A DNA stretch of 64,000 nucleotides from NCBI RefSeq assembly GCF_004010195.1, contig NC_057750.1:15750545-15814544 (forward strand), given 5' to 3'. Of this stretch, positions 12,491 through 25,400 are shown piece after piece. The stretch's first letter is position 1, and each line of letters starts with the position of its first letter. The stretch is from Chiloscyllium plagiosum. Taxonomy: Eukaryota. The notes under the pieces were generated by a model, which saw only the letters and a list, made by a program, of their open reading frames with translations, did no database searches and had not been told where the DNA came from. A program made the translations under genes and the position numbers.

Positions 12491-12990
12491 NNNNNNNNNN
12501 NNNNNNNNNNNNNNNNNNNNNNNNNNNNNNNNNNNNNNNNNNNNNNNNNNNNNNNNNNNNNNNNNNNNNNNNNNNNNNNNNNNNNNNNNNNNNNNNNNNN
12601 NNNNNNNNNNNNNNNNNNNNNNNNNNNNNNNNNNNNNNNNNNNNNNNNNNNNNNNNNNNNNNNNNNNNNNNNNNNNNNNNNNNNNNNNNNNNNNNNNNNN
12701 NNNNNNNNNNNNNNNNNNNNNNNNNNNNNNNNNNNNNNNNNNNNNNNNNNNNNNNNNNNNNNNNNNNNNNNNNNNNNNNNNNNNNNNNNNNNNNNNNNNN
12801 NNNNNNNNNNNNNNNNNNNNNNNNNNNNNNNNNNNNNNNNNNNNNNNNNNNNNNNNNNNNNNNNNNNNNNNNNNNNNNNNNNNNNNNNNNNNNNNNNNNN
12901 NNNNNNNNNNNNNNNNNNNNNNNNNNNNNNNNNNNNNNNNNNNNNNNNNNNNNNNNNNNNNNNNNNNNNNNNNNNNNNNNNNNNNNNNNN
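12491..12990. other. Assembly gap (500 N) inside PLD3
   Basis: Run of N. Confidence 1.
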
Positions 12991-13753
12991 CAGCACTTTC
13001 CACCACCTCAGCATATCTCAAAGAATCGCACAAGCCGAAATGCCGAATCAAGTGTGGGCACCATCTTAAAACAGTAAATTGGGGAATGAAATTAGGCACA
13101 GCATGATCCCACAAACTTGCAATGTGAAAACTAACCACAGAGCCTGATTTTAAGCAGTCCTTGGCAAGTAACCACTGTCTGGGACACTGGAGCAAAACTG
13201 GAGGGAACTCTCCTGCCCTTCTTAAAATAGCCATGGGATTTCTCATGTTCACTTGACAGGTTCACAGTCCCATAAAAAAAAATGACAACTCTGACAGCAC
13301 AACATGTATTAAGTCATTGCTATGGGGAATCTCAAAGTCCGTCAGGCTGGGGAGGGGGAGAACTATGAGCAGAGAGAACAATTGGAGTCTGTTTAAGGTC
13401 TCGCTGCAAAGATCAGTGTGAACTGGTCACAAGAGACCTGCAAATAACTGAGGAAATTGAATTAAGCTTCATTAACAGGAAATGATATTGACCTTTCCTG
13501 CCTGAGCTTGAAGTAGGTCACTGAGCTCGGAATTATATAGGAAACCAGTCAACACCCCATCCAAAACTCTCCTGCACAAGACAAAATGGTTGTTGGAAGG
13601 GTCTCAGGGTCACTGGGGTTGAATGGTAACTGAGGGAGGTGTCCTCATCATCACAAGCCAGTGGCTCGACAGAAAAGTGAACACATCTACACACAAAGGT
13701 TCATGATCAGTGTGGACTGTGATGGGCCCAAATGTCCAATGTCCTCCTCTTTC

Positions 13754-13786
13754 CTGCTTCTGTGGTGAGGCAGAAGTGAACTTGAG
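13754..13786 (-). CDS. PLD3: Probable second coding exon of PLD3 (starts LKFTSASPQKQ); 3' boundary unresolved
   Basis: Acceptor ctttgcag|CTCAAG gives YQK|LK across the junction, like YQE|LK in mammalian PLD3; no strong in-frame GT donor found, so the end coordinate is a guess. Confidence 0.5.
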
Positions 13787-13972
13787 CTGCAAAGCATCTC
13801 CCACTCAGTCACATGAACAAACATACTTAGTCAGTCATACACTCACATGCAATCATATACACCACAGGGACACTTCCACATGTGGTCTTTATACTCTCAC
13901 AGGGACTCACACTCATACCTGTTAACCTAGATATGTTCTCTGTCTCCTACCTCACTGTCACTGTCTAGTTAC

Positions 13973-13999
13973 CTTCTGGTATATCAGTTGCAGCTTCAT
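13973..13999 (-). CDS. PLD3: First coding exon of PLD3 (MKLQLIYQK); whole exon 13973-14040 including 5' UTR
   Basis: ATG at 13999, 27 coding nt, donor AAG|gtaact, acceptor ctttctgcag at 14041-14042; resembles the mammalian N-terminus MKPKLMYQE. Confidence 0.85.
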
Positions 14000-14672
14000 T
14001 TCTTTCTTCCCTAGGCCTGGCTGGGATCTCAGAAGTACAACTGCAGAAAGGAGAAACATGAAGTTATGGCAATATTGAATAATTGCTTCTTCATATTAAT
14101 CTGGACATCCTGCCCCATGACTCACCACCCCAGGCTTCCAAAAACTGTGGTTATCCTATCAAACCACATGCAGCTGACCAATTCTCCCATGCAAAGCATC
14201 CCAGCAAGTTTTCTTCCCTTGAGTGCACCTTAAACTTCCATTATGGGATCATCTCTGTTTGCAGACTTTCAGAGCAGGCTGACAGAGGATCTGATCAAGG
14301 TGATCAAGTGGATGAATTTAAATAAGATTCCCATTAGAGAATGGTACCTGGATTAGAGGTTTACGTTGAAGGTTTTGAGCTGGAGTTACAGGTTAGGAAG
14401 AGAGGATTCTCTCTGCTCTGCTTCGAAGTGATGCTGACAACATCTTTCACATCTATTTGAACAGTCCTCACCCAAAAGATAGTGCAACACTCCCTACCAG
14501 CAAAACAATAATATTTTTATAGATTTGACTGGAGCAATGGATCAGACAAACGTAATTAATATTGAACAAATGTATTGAAAGATACTGCTTGATTCAGTTT
14601 GGTATCACAAAGTCAGCAGCTTCCACCTTAGCTGGCATCGAGAGAGGAGACTCCGTGCTTTTTGCATTAACA

Positions 14673-14990
14673 GCATAGTGGCGCAATGGTTAGCACTGCT
14701 GCCTCACAGCGCCAGGAACCCAGGATCAATTCCAGCCTCATGCAACAGCCTGTATGGTGTTTACACATTCTCCCCATGTCTACGTGGGTTTCCTCCCATA
14801 GTCCAGAGTGGTGTCATTAGGTAAACTGGCCATGTTAAATTGTCCGTGGTGTTCAGGAGTGTGTAGATTAGGTGCATTAGACAGGGGACACGCAGAGTGA
14901 TAGGGCTAGGCGAATGGATCTGGATGGGATACTCTTTGAAGAGTCAGTATGGACTTGTTGGGACAAATGGCCATACTATAGGGATTCTAT
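14673..14990 (+). mobile_element. HE1-type V-SINE (partial copy also at 16050-16275)
   Basis: A box tggcgcaatgg, V-domain, attctatg tail. Confidence 0.82.
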
Positions 14991-17779
14991 GAACACAGGG
15001 AGCATGTTTAATTCTTATATGAGATGGGAGCACAAGATAGCAAGGCCACCACTTGTCCTTGAATTCAATGACTTGCTCAGCCATTTTTTGAGGACAGTTG
15101 AGGGTCAACCATAATGTGATGAGTCTGGAGTGACATGTAGGCCAGACCAGACGAGGACAGCAGATTTCCCTCCCCAAATGGCATTAGTATTTGTGGTCAA
15201 ACGAGGCTCTTAATTAGAGCTTTTTTTTTAAATAAGAAAATAAAAATTGTATCAATGTCATGGATTTGATCTGCTGTCTCCAAAACATTAGGCTGGGGTT
15301 CTGAATTACTAGTGCACTGATAGTACCATCATGCGTCAACTCCCAACTATACGTACCCTTACATCAACCTCTTTTACATGTACAGTCATTTCACTCAGTG
15401 CCGAGGTGATCTCTATCTGTACAGTTCCTGTGCACTCACCCAAATTTTCACTGCACGCATTCCCTTCGTATCTTGCAGCAAAGAAACTTCAGTAAAGATC
15501 CCTCTAATCAGGGAGCCCTCATCATGTACCAATGGGGAGCTGGAGTACAGAATGCTGTACAGAGCAGGGCTATCTAATGTTCTTACAGGACTGCATATAA
15601 CTCTAAAGCATACACAGCATGAACAGTTATAACCCATTTTCCATTCTTTGAAGTTCTTGGCACAGAAACAGTTAAGAGGAGATAGTGTATTTAACACTAT
15701 AACACTAAGCTGTTCTGTACGAGTCCTTCAGATTAGATAGGCTAGGCTGACTTTCCCCAAAAGCGGTGGCTGATGTGTGAGTTAATTAAGACCTGCGTAG
15801 AATGGACTAGTTTCCCCAGCAGAGAGATAATTTACCAGGGTCACTGATTGAACGCGGCTGGTAGAAGGTTTAAGAGAAGACTTGTGAAAATATTTTTTAG
15901 AGGGTAGTTTGGTGGTTGCAGCAGAAACCCTCAACTAATTTATAAGGAAAATGGATGTGCACCTGATGTGCTGGAACATGCAGACCTATTGGTCAAATGG
16001 TGGAGGCCAGGGTTAAAATGGGCAGCTAGTTTTTCCTGGAATGGTGTAGGCATAGGGTTTCCTTCGGGTGCTACAGTTTCCTCTCACAGTCCAAAGATGT
16101 GCAGGTTAGGTGAATTGGACAAGCTAAATTGCCCGTAGTGTTCAGGGATGTGTAGGTTAGGTGCATTAGTCAGGGGAAATGTAGAGTAATAGGGTACGGG
16201 AATGGGTCTGGGTGGGATACGCTTGGGAGGGTCAGGCTGGACTTGTTAGGCCAAATGGCCAGTTTCCATACTGTAATGAAAATGGGCAAACTAGCCTCTT
16301 TCTCTGCTGTGCCTTTTCTTTAGTTCTGTGGGAGGATAAGGTAGCAGCATAACAGGGAACCACATCATGGTATGCTCCTTTGGCTTGTTGGCCACGTTGG
16401 CATCCACTGGTCTAGGGTGCGTGCAGCCTGTGAAAGGAACATGGGGTAGTCAGTCCCACTATGTCATTCACTTGCATGACCTCATGAATAGTGGAAAAGA
16501 AAAGTGATTTAATTTAACAGAGATAGAGGAATAGTGATAATGTCACTGATTTAATATTTCAAAGGTCCAAGCTAATGCTCTGGGTATGTAGGTTGATGTC
16601 TGATGGCTACAGCTTAATCTCCTCTGAAATAGTGACTATGAAAACGATCACTGATTGTTCTTTTAAAAAACGCCTTTACTGCTTAAAGACCCTCCTTATA
16701 AAATCTGGTCTTGTGCAAGACGCTTGCTCTGAAGGTGTTGCTTAACAGTTTAAACTGACTCATAAGCACGATTCTGTAATCTAATCAATATCATCCCATC
16801 CTAAAACCAACAGCTTCAACACACGATAAGTTTTTTTTAAGTTTGCTTTGAAAAAATGTGGATGGTGGAAATCTGAAGCAAAAACAAAAATTGCTGGGAA
16901 AACTCAGCAGGGCTGGCAGCAACCGCGGAGAGAAATTGAGGTTAACGTTTTGGATCCAGAGATGCTTCTTCGAATTGGTTCTGTGTATTGCTCTGAAATG
17001 TTTAAGGGGAATGATTCAAGGCATACAAGGTTGATGTTCCCCTCTTACGAAGGTCTGTCAAAGGAGGTTCTAGTTAACTAGGCCAGAAGACTGAAATGGC
17101 CTGAGCAGCTCCACTATTGCTATGGTGCACAGGATCTCAGACTACATTACAAGCTCGGAGACATTCAATTGTCAGTGGGCCAGAAAACAACTTTGGTTCG
17201 TGAGGGAGGCTCTTTAAGACATCCAACCAAATTTTAAAAGGGTGGGAGCAGTGCATCTGATCTCCATAGTATGATCATTGTTGAATAAGTCTAAATTCAA
17301 AAAGAGGAACTTGAGTCGCCTATGCTAAAGTTTGCAAAATATATCAGCAATGTAACAGAAATTTCACCACCCCTCCTCCTCCTCCAAACCACCAAATGCT
17401 TTGAGTTTCCGTCACACAGCTCACAAAACCGCTGAAGTATCTGTAAAGAGGGAACTGCTCCCCAGAGAAAGATGACTGTGGCTAAATACAACACAGCCTT
17501 TCTTAAATAGACTTAAACAGGGCAGGTATCTCCTTGGTATATGGTCCTAATGAAAATCTGAGGAGAAAATTGTCAGACCACAAGGAAAAAAAGCAGGGGG
17601 GTGGAATTCGTACTGGATGAGTTGATCTTACAGACAGCTGGCACAGAGACTGCATCCTGAATGGCCCCATTCTGTGCTGAAACTGTTCTAACATTCTATG
17701 AAAAGTCTGAAGAATGAAGGCTACAATACAATAGTCCACTGCATTACGCTCCCACCTGAGTCTAGCTTTCACAACAAAG

Positions 17780-18130
17780 TCATAGAGTCAGAGAGTTATA
17801 CTGCACGGAAACAGACCCTTCAATCCAACTGGCCATGCCAACCAGATATCCTAAATTAATCTAGTCCCATTTGCCAGCATTTCGCCCATATCCTTCTAAA
17901 CCCTTCCTATTCATGTACCCATCTAGATGTCTTTTAAATATTGTAATTATACCAGCCTCCAACACTTCCTGTGACAGCTCGTTCCAAAACACACACCATC
18001 CTCTACATTAAAAAGTTGCCCCTTAGGTCCCTTTTAAATCTTTCCTCTCTCACTTTAAACCTATGCCCTCTAGTTTTGGACTCCCTTACCCTGGGGAATA
18101 GACCTGGCTATTCACCCTATCCCTGCTCCT
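17780..18130 (-). mobile_element. CR1 LINE 3' end
   Basis: catagagtca tail and reverse-complement CR1 3' region. Confidence 0.85.
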
Positions 18131-18560
18131 TTATGATTATAATCCTCTGGGATGAGAGTGCACTAGCGAGTGTAAATAACAAATTCAACAGATGTTGCCC
18201 AAGTTGGTGCATTTCAGCTATAAAGAGAGGCCACATAGGGTAGAGTTAGTTTTCTTGGAGCAGAGAAAGTGGATGCAAAACCGGATTGAAGTATACAAAT
18301 TATGAAGGGCATAGATGGGGTCAATAGGAATATACTTTCCCTCTTTGTACAGGAATCATCAATTTAAGGTAAGGGGCAGGAGCTTTAGAGGGGATCTAAA
18401 CAGCAGATTTTGTCACCCAGAGGGTAATGAGTATCTGGAAGGGCAGTAAAGGTAGCAACTATCACCACATTTAAGTTGCATCTAGATGAACACTTGAAAT
18501 GTCACAGCATACAAGACTATGGATCAGGTCCTGAGAAATAGCGCGAAAGTAGAGAGATGG

Positions 18561-18680
18561 GCAAAAGTGAGGACTGCAGATGGTGGAAACCAGAGTTTAG
18601 ATTAGAGTGGTGCTGGAAAAGCACAGCAGGTCAGACAGCACCGAGGAGCAGGAAAATCTACGTTTCGGGCAAAAGCCCGA
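18561..18680 (-). mobile_element. Short PLE-derived element, family A; related family-D copies at 16850-16975 and 20545-20667 (both minus)
   Basis: Reverse complement of the 3' terminus shared with 22360-22474 and 33545-33635. Confidence 0.7.
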
Positions 18681-19519
18681 TTCCTGGTGAATGACCAACA
18701 TGAATATATATGATGGACCAAAAGGGTCTCTTGCTATGCTGTAAAACTCTATGAATCCATTTCCGCATATAAATGACGATTGAAGCATTTTAACATTCCC
18801 AGTCCTTTTAACATCTAAACTAGAACGAAATTCACAGACTCACTTAAGTGTTGCAGCACAGACAGAGTCCATTTGATCCATCGTGCCTGTACCAGCTCTA
18901 AACCTAACACAGGCTGATCCCCCATGGAGGTTCTGAGGCAGTGCTGCATTATCAGAGCACTGCATTTTCCCTTGGCAACAAAAACTGTCCATCGCTAAGA
19001 GGAGACAACTAATTCCTCATTGGGGCAACAGCACAGCAAATAGTGCAAGGTTTTACAGACAAGGAAAAGGACTCTTCATTCAAAGACACCTTTCACATCC
19101 ACAAGACATCCCAAGTGCATTGCAGCCAATGAAGTGGTTAATCACCATAGCCAAACTGAGTACAGCAAGATCCAACAAACATGACAAATGGTCAAAACAT
19201 CCATTTTTAGGCATGCTGGCTGAGACATGAATATTATCCATTATCCCAGGGAGACGTTTCCTGCTGCTCTTCAGATACATGATAAGATATTTCATATACA
19301 GACAGAGAGGCAATTTAATTTCTCATCTGAAAGACAGGACCTGAATGGGATACTTGAGAAGTCACGAGGAGCAGGCTGTCCAGTGTAAGCTGTGCCTGGG
19401 CTGCAGATCAGCTACAACAACCATTGGGCTCCAATAAAACTTCCAAATGCCCAAATGTATCCCTCTCACACCCCTGTGGGTTGGAGCTCCACACAAAGGT
19501 CCTACCTTTTATTAATATA

Positions 19520-20530
19520 GAAACATTTTAAAAAAAGAGCATGAGTAAGCCATTCTGCCCTCATGCCTGCTTCACCATTCAAAATGAACATGCTTGATCA
19601 TCTAATTCAGAACCCTGTTTCTGCTTTCTCCCCAAACTCTTTGATCCCGTCAGCCCTAAGAACGATATCACCTCCTTCCTAAAAACAACCGCCTTCTGTG
19701 GCAGTAATTTCCACCGGTTCACCATTGTCTTCATGAAGAAATTTGTCTTCATTTCAGTCTTAAATGGCCTACTCCATATCCTTAAGTTGTGACGGCAGAT
19801 TGGTTCTGGTCTTCCCAGTCAGTGGGTACATCCTTCCTGCAATTACTTTGTCTAATTCTGTTAGAGTTTTATAGGCTTCTATGATTTCTCCCTCCCTCAT
19901 TTTTCTAAAAGTCAGTGAATATAGTTTTAATCAATCCATTATCTCTTCATATGTCACTCCTGCAATACCAAAAATCAGTCTGGTAAATCTTTGTTGCATT
20001 GCCTCCATATTCAGAATATCCTCCCTCAAATAAAGAGGCCAAAACTGTATAAGATACTGCAGCGTTGTCTCACTAAGGCTCTGTATAATTGTATCAAGAC
20101 ACCCTTGCTCCTGTACTGAATCCTCTCACTTTGAAGGCTAACATATAATTTGCCTTCTTCACCATCTGCACCTGTATGCTTACTTTCAGCAACTGAGGTT
20201 CAAGGTCACCCCTCCCCTTTTCCAATCCATCACCATTCAGATAAATCTACCTTCCTAGTTGTACTACCAAAGTGGATATCCTCACATTTACCCACATCAT
20301 ACTGCATCTGTCACGCAACTTGCTGGATCACACCCAATCATCTCTGCACATCCTCATGGTTGCTCCCCACACGCAGCTTGATGTCGTCAACAAACTTGGA
20401 GATATTACATTTAGTTACCTCATCTAAATCACTAATACATACTGTGAATAGCTGGGGCCCAAACACTGATCCCTGCAGTACCCCATTAGTCACTGACTGC
20501 CACTTGGTAAAAAACCCATATATTCCTACT
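19520..20530 (-). mobile_element. Old CR1 LINE fragment (RT C-terminus to 3' UTR)
   Basis: Minus strand encodes degenerate QGSVFGP..FTVCISDLDEVTKCNISKFVDD. Confidence 0.75.
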
Positions 20531-20735
20531 CTTCATAAAAATTGAAAGAACTGTGGACGTTGTAAATCAGAAAAAAACAAAGATTGCTGGAAAATCTCAG
20601 TAGATCTGGAAGCATCTTGGAGAGAAATCAGAGATAATGTTTCCGGTTCGGTGAACCTTCCACAGAATCTCCATCTAAGCTGTGCCCATTCCTCACCCTA
20701 TAGAATGCAACCACTGCTGGTGCTTTAGTTATCAA

Positions 20736-22474
20736 TGTCAAAAACTGTGGCGCTGGAAAAAGGACAGCAGGCCAAGCAACATCCAAGGAGCAGGAAAGTT
20801 AAGACAGTTGGGCGTAAGATCTTCAGCAGGAATGCGTAGGGGTAAGGTAGCAGAGAGATAAGTGGGGGATGTGGGGATAAGAGTGGGGTAAAAATAGATG
20901 GGATGGCAATAGGTGGATGCAGGTTGGAGGCAATTGTAATAGGTTGGTGGGGAGGGTGGAGCAGATAGATGAGAAGGAAGATGGACAGGTAGGTCAGGTG
21001 GTGGTGGTGCCGAGTGGAGGGTTGGATCTGGGATGAGATGGGAGGGTGGGGAAGATTTGGAAACTGGTGAAGTCAATGTTGATGCTATGTGGTTGTTGGG
21101 TCACAAGGTGGAAGACGATGTGTTCGTCCTCCAATTGGCTGGTGGCTTTGATTTGCCGTGGAGGGCAGCTAGGATTTGCATGTCCTTGGGCAAGTGTCAG
21201 GGAGAGTTGAAGTGGCTGGCCTTAGGTTGGTGGGGTTGCTTGGTGCCTGCAGAACAGAGATGTTTCCTGAACTTGAGTTGGGGCTTGGTCTCCTTGATGT
21301 AGAGAAGACCACATCGAAAGCAAAAGATGCAGTAAATGAGGTTGTGCAGAAAAATCTCTGCCGGATTTGAAATGATTCTTTAGGGCCTTGGATGGAGGTG
21401 TGGTTGCAGGTTTTGCACCTTGTATGGAGGCAGGGGAAGGTGCTGGGAGTTGCGGAGGGAATGGTCTCTGTGGAACGTAGATAGGCATAGGTAGGGAAAT
21501 ATACTTTTGATAGTGGGGTCTGATTGTACATGGTGAAAATGGCAGAGAATAATGCATTGTATCTGGAGTGGAATAAGATGACAAGGGGATTCTATCCTTG
21601 TTGGGGTTCGAGGATGGAGGTGTGGGAAGTGGAGGAGATGCTTCCCTCTCATCCCTAAGTGTTCCACAGAGATCATCCCCTCTGCGACTTTCTCATTAGG
21701 TCCACACACCCCACCAACCTATCCTCCATACCTGCCACCTTCCCAGCTTCCGCACAAAGGTGCAAAACTGTGTTCACACCTCCCCTTCATATCTGTCTAC
21801 GTGCCAGAAGGGTGATTTCAAATCTGGCAAAGATTTTTCTGCACATCTTCCCACCTCATTTACTACATCCGTTGCTCTCGATGTGGTCTCCTCTACATTG
21901 GGGAGACCAAGCGCCAACTCACAGAGCGGTTAAGGGAACAACTCTGGTTGCATGCACCAAACAATCCCACCAACCTGTAGCCAAACATTTCAACTCCCCT
22001 TCACACTCACCCAAGGACATGCAAATCATGGCTGCCCTCCATGGCAAATCAAAGCCACCCGCAAACTGGAGGAAGATCACCTCATCTTCTACCTCAGGAC
22101 ATTACAACCACATGGCATCAACACTGACTTCACCTGTTTCCAAATCTCCTCCCCCCCCCCCCCCCCCCCCCCCCCCCCCTTTCTCATCCCAGATTCAACC
22201 CTCCAATTCAGCATCGCCATTTTGGCCTGACCTACCTTCTTCTCACCTATCTGCCCCACGGACCTAACACAATCACCTCCTACATCATCTGCCTATTGCC
22301 ATCCCATCTATCTTCCCCTTCGCCGTATTTAGCTCTCAGCCCCCTTCCCCCTCCACATTCCTGATGAAAGGCTTATGCCAGAAATGTCGACTTTCCTGCT
22401 CCTCGGATGCTTTTTCCAGCGCCACACTTTTCAACTCTGACTCTCCAGCATCTGTAGTCCTCACTTTCTCCTCC
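20736..22474. mobile_element. Penelope-like element, family A, two inverted arms (about 20736-21660 minus, 21661-22474 plus) encoding a degenerate GIY-YIG endonuclease; 11-bp TSD
   Basis: Peptide remnants FHRDHPL, TFPC..RCKTC, HFNSPSHSPKDMQI, RKLEEDHLIFYLRTLQPHGINTDF; ttagttatcaa at 20725-20735 and 22475-22485. Confidence 0.85.
22357..22392 (+). ncRNA. Minimal type I hammerhead ribozyme motif in the PLE family A terminus
   Basis: ctgatga (22361-22367), stem II ggc/gcc, gaaa (22381-22384), tgtc; CpG-decayed form of GAAACGTC. Confidence 0.65.
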
Positions 22475-25400
22475 TTAGTTATCAACTCCCGTTAGTGCAT
22501 TCCTGGAGTTTCCCATCTCATGCCCTCCCACTTCAGCCACCCCACTTCCACACTCTCACTAATGGCCCTGTCAGGGATCACCACCTTCTAAACCTCATTA
22601 TGACAGAATTTGATTAGAATTGATTTGTTCCATCTGTCTCCAACACTTAAATAACAATAATCAAAAAATGGGTTAATAAATTGAAAAGAGATCATCTCTC
22701 TGAATTTTTCTCCTGGAGTTTTCCAAAAGATTGATTTTCAATTCCAGGTGACAACCTTGAGTTAAATCCCATATCTTAGACACCAACAAGACCAGCAGGC
22801 AATGAGAACTGGTCAAAAGCTAGAAATCCTGCAGCAAGTTACTCACCTCCTGACTCCTTAAAGCCTATCTACCATCTACAAGGCACAAGTTAGATGTGTG
22901 AAGGAAAACTCATCACTTGCTTGGAGTAGAGCTCCAACAGCACTCAAGAAGATCAACACCAAAGACAAAATCAGTCAGTTGACTGGTACCTCTGGTACCC
23001 TCTCCAATGTACATTTCCTCCACTAGTGCTGCACAATGCATATCCTTTACATAATTAATTACAGCTATTCACCTTCAGTAGCATCTTCCAAGCCCATGAC
23101 CTCTACCATCTCAGCAGGTACATGGGAACACCATCAGCTGCAAGCTCCTCTCCAAGCCCCACACTATCCTGACTTGAAAACAGTCCTTCATTCGTTCAGT
23201 GTTACATATATCAACATACAGTTTAAAGAGAGGTAGAGTTAAAACTTGCATTACTGTTCCATAAAATCATAGCTGATCTGTCTGCAGTTGCATCTTTATT
23301 TTCTGGTCAGCTCCCCATGTTCCTGAAACTCTTTCCAGAGCTGCATTGAGGGTGTGCCCATATCACAGAGACTGCAGCCCTCCAAAACAGCTCACCTTCT
23401 CAAGGGATGATTAAGGACACATGCCCCCTTGGGGTCACATGCGTTCATCTTACTTAATGCTGCATACAATAATCACGTAGGATCAATGTTTTAATCACGT
23501 GCACATGATGCCTTCAGTTCTGTTGCAACCAAAAGGCAGCTGGGAAAAATGTTAAAAAGATAACTCTCAGAGGACTCAAAACTACCCCTCACTCCTCTCC
23601 AAAGTTGGTGCCTTGCATGATGGTCTTCACTAGAGGGCACACCCTGAGGTACGGCATTGAAATTATACAACCATCTGAAAATATCTTGTGCATTGTTTAG
23701 TTAACAAGTTGTAAACTAAGGGCAGAGAGCTGACTAAGGCAGAACTCCACCACAGGCCTGATGCCTAGAATACAAACAATGATGCAAAGAATAAAAATTG
23801 ATGAGGTAAATAATTCAGGAAACTTTAAAGAATGGTTTGTAAAGGCACCTTGTCTAACTTTTCTTCTCTTAACCTGCTGGTTATACTGTGCTTCACTGGA
23901 GCAACAATAAAACTAATTTTGATACTGAGGTACATGAGATGTTAGGATGGGTGACCAAAAGTGTTTTTTCTATTCTTTCATGGGATGCAAGCACCATTGC
24001 TGCAAATCCTTAAAAGCCCCTGAAACAATGGTGGTAAACCACTTTGTGAAACTGCTGGAATCTTAGTTGAAGAGGTAGATTTTAAGCAGCAATTTAAAGA
24101 ACGTGGTGAAGGTAGAGATAGAGAGGAGTTTATAGAAAATATTGTAGACATTGAGGCCCAACCAACTGCACACTACGACACAAAAGTATGTAGAAAGACC
24201 GGTTGTGAGGGGGATAAAAATGGTTTACAGAGATATAAATTAGTAGGTTAAGAAGTGGGCAAAAACATTGGCAAGTGCAGTATTAAGTGGGAAAATGTGA
24301 AGTTATTCATATTGGAAGAGGAAACAAACGAACAGAATATTATTTAAAAGGAGAAAAACTGCAGAAAGCTGCAACACAAGGGACTTGGGAATATTTGTGC
24401 ACAAAACACAAAGCTAACATACAGGTGCAGCAGGTAATAAGGAAGCTTAATGGAATGTTTGCCCTTATTTCAAGGAGATTGGATTAAGTCACTTGTGAGA
24501 CCTGGGTGTTGTGGACTGGACAGCATTTATTGCCAGCCCCAAGTTGCCCTTGAGAAGGTGGTAATGAGCTACATTCTTGAGCATTTGATACAATTGAGTG
24601 ACTTGCTAGACCATTTCACAGGGGACTTGAGAGTCAAATACATTGCTGTGGGTCTAGAGTCACATGTAGGCCAGACCAGGTGAGGACAGATTTCCTTCCC
24701 TCAAGGACTTTGGTGAACCAGATGGGTTTTCCTGAAAATCAACAATGGTTTCATGTCATGAGTAAAGACTTAATTACAGCTTTTGTTTCACTGAATTGCC
24801 ATCTGCCAAGGTGGAATTCCAATCTGTCCTGGAATAGTAGCGAGTTTCTGGATTAATAGTCTAGTGAGGCTATCGCTTGCCCCTAATTTCTGGTCAATGC
24901 CAACCCCCAGGATATTGACAGTGGGATATTCAGTGATTCTAATGCCATTGAATGTCAAGGGGTGGAGGTTAGATTGTCACTTACTGGAAATGGTCACTGT
25001 TTGGCAATTGTGTGGTTCAAATGTTACTTACCACTTGTCAGCCCAAGCCTGGATAATGTCCAGATCATTGTCGCATTTGAACTGCTTCAGTATCTGATGC
25101 TGAATACTGTGCATTCATCAGGGCCAACGTTATGATGGAGGGAAGGTTATTGATAAAGCAGCTGAGGAAGGTTGGGCCAAGGTCGCTGTCCCTGATGAAC
25201 GCTTTGCAGAAATGTCCAGGAGCTGAGAAGACTTACCTCCAACAACCACAACCATCTTCCTATGTTTGGTTCCCTTATTTAAAGGAAAGATATCATTTCA
25301 TTTCAGGGAAGGTTCACTCAAATGATCCTGGTATTGGATAGGTTGCTCGCTAGACAAAGGCTGTATGGGTTGAGATTTTACTTGCTGGAGATTAGAAGAA

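Noticed and set aside
12991..13030. YAEVVESA peptide beside the gap, superficially like PLD3 LVESIP
   Set aside because: Similarity is limited to VES, the next residue differs and there is no convincing acceptor
13493..13571. Possible 79-nt exon (tgtgcag|G...AAG|gtcaat)
   Set aside because: Only open frame (RVLDGVLTGFLYNSELSDLLQAQAGK) has no PLD3 similarity and the donor is weak
15434..15600. Strong donor TGG|gtgagt near 15440 within ORF 15413..15697
   Set aside because: No homology or clear acceptor; could be a UTR cassette exon but is unsupported without RNA data
22151..22179. 29-nt poly-C tract giving poly-Pro ORFs
   Set aside because: Homopolymer expansion inside a PLE 3' region; length unreliable and not coding
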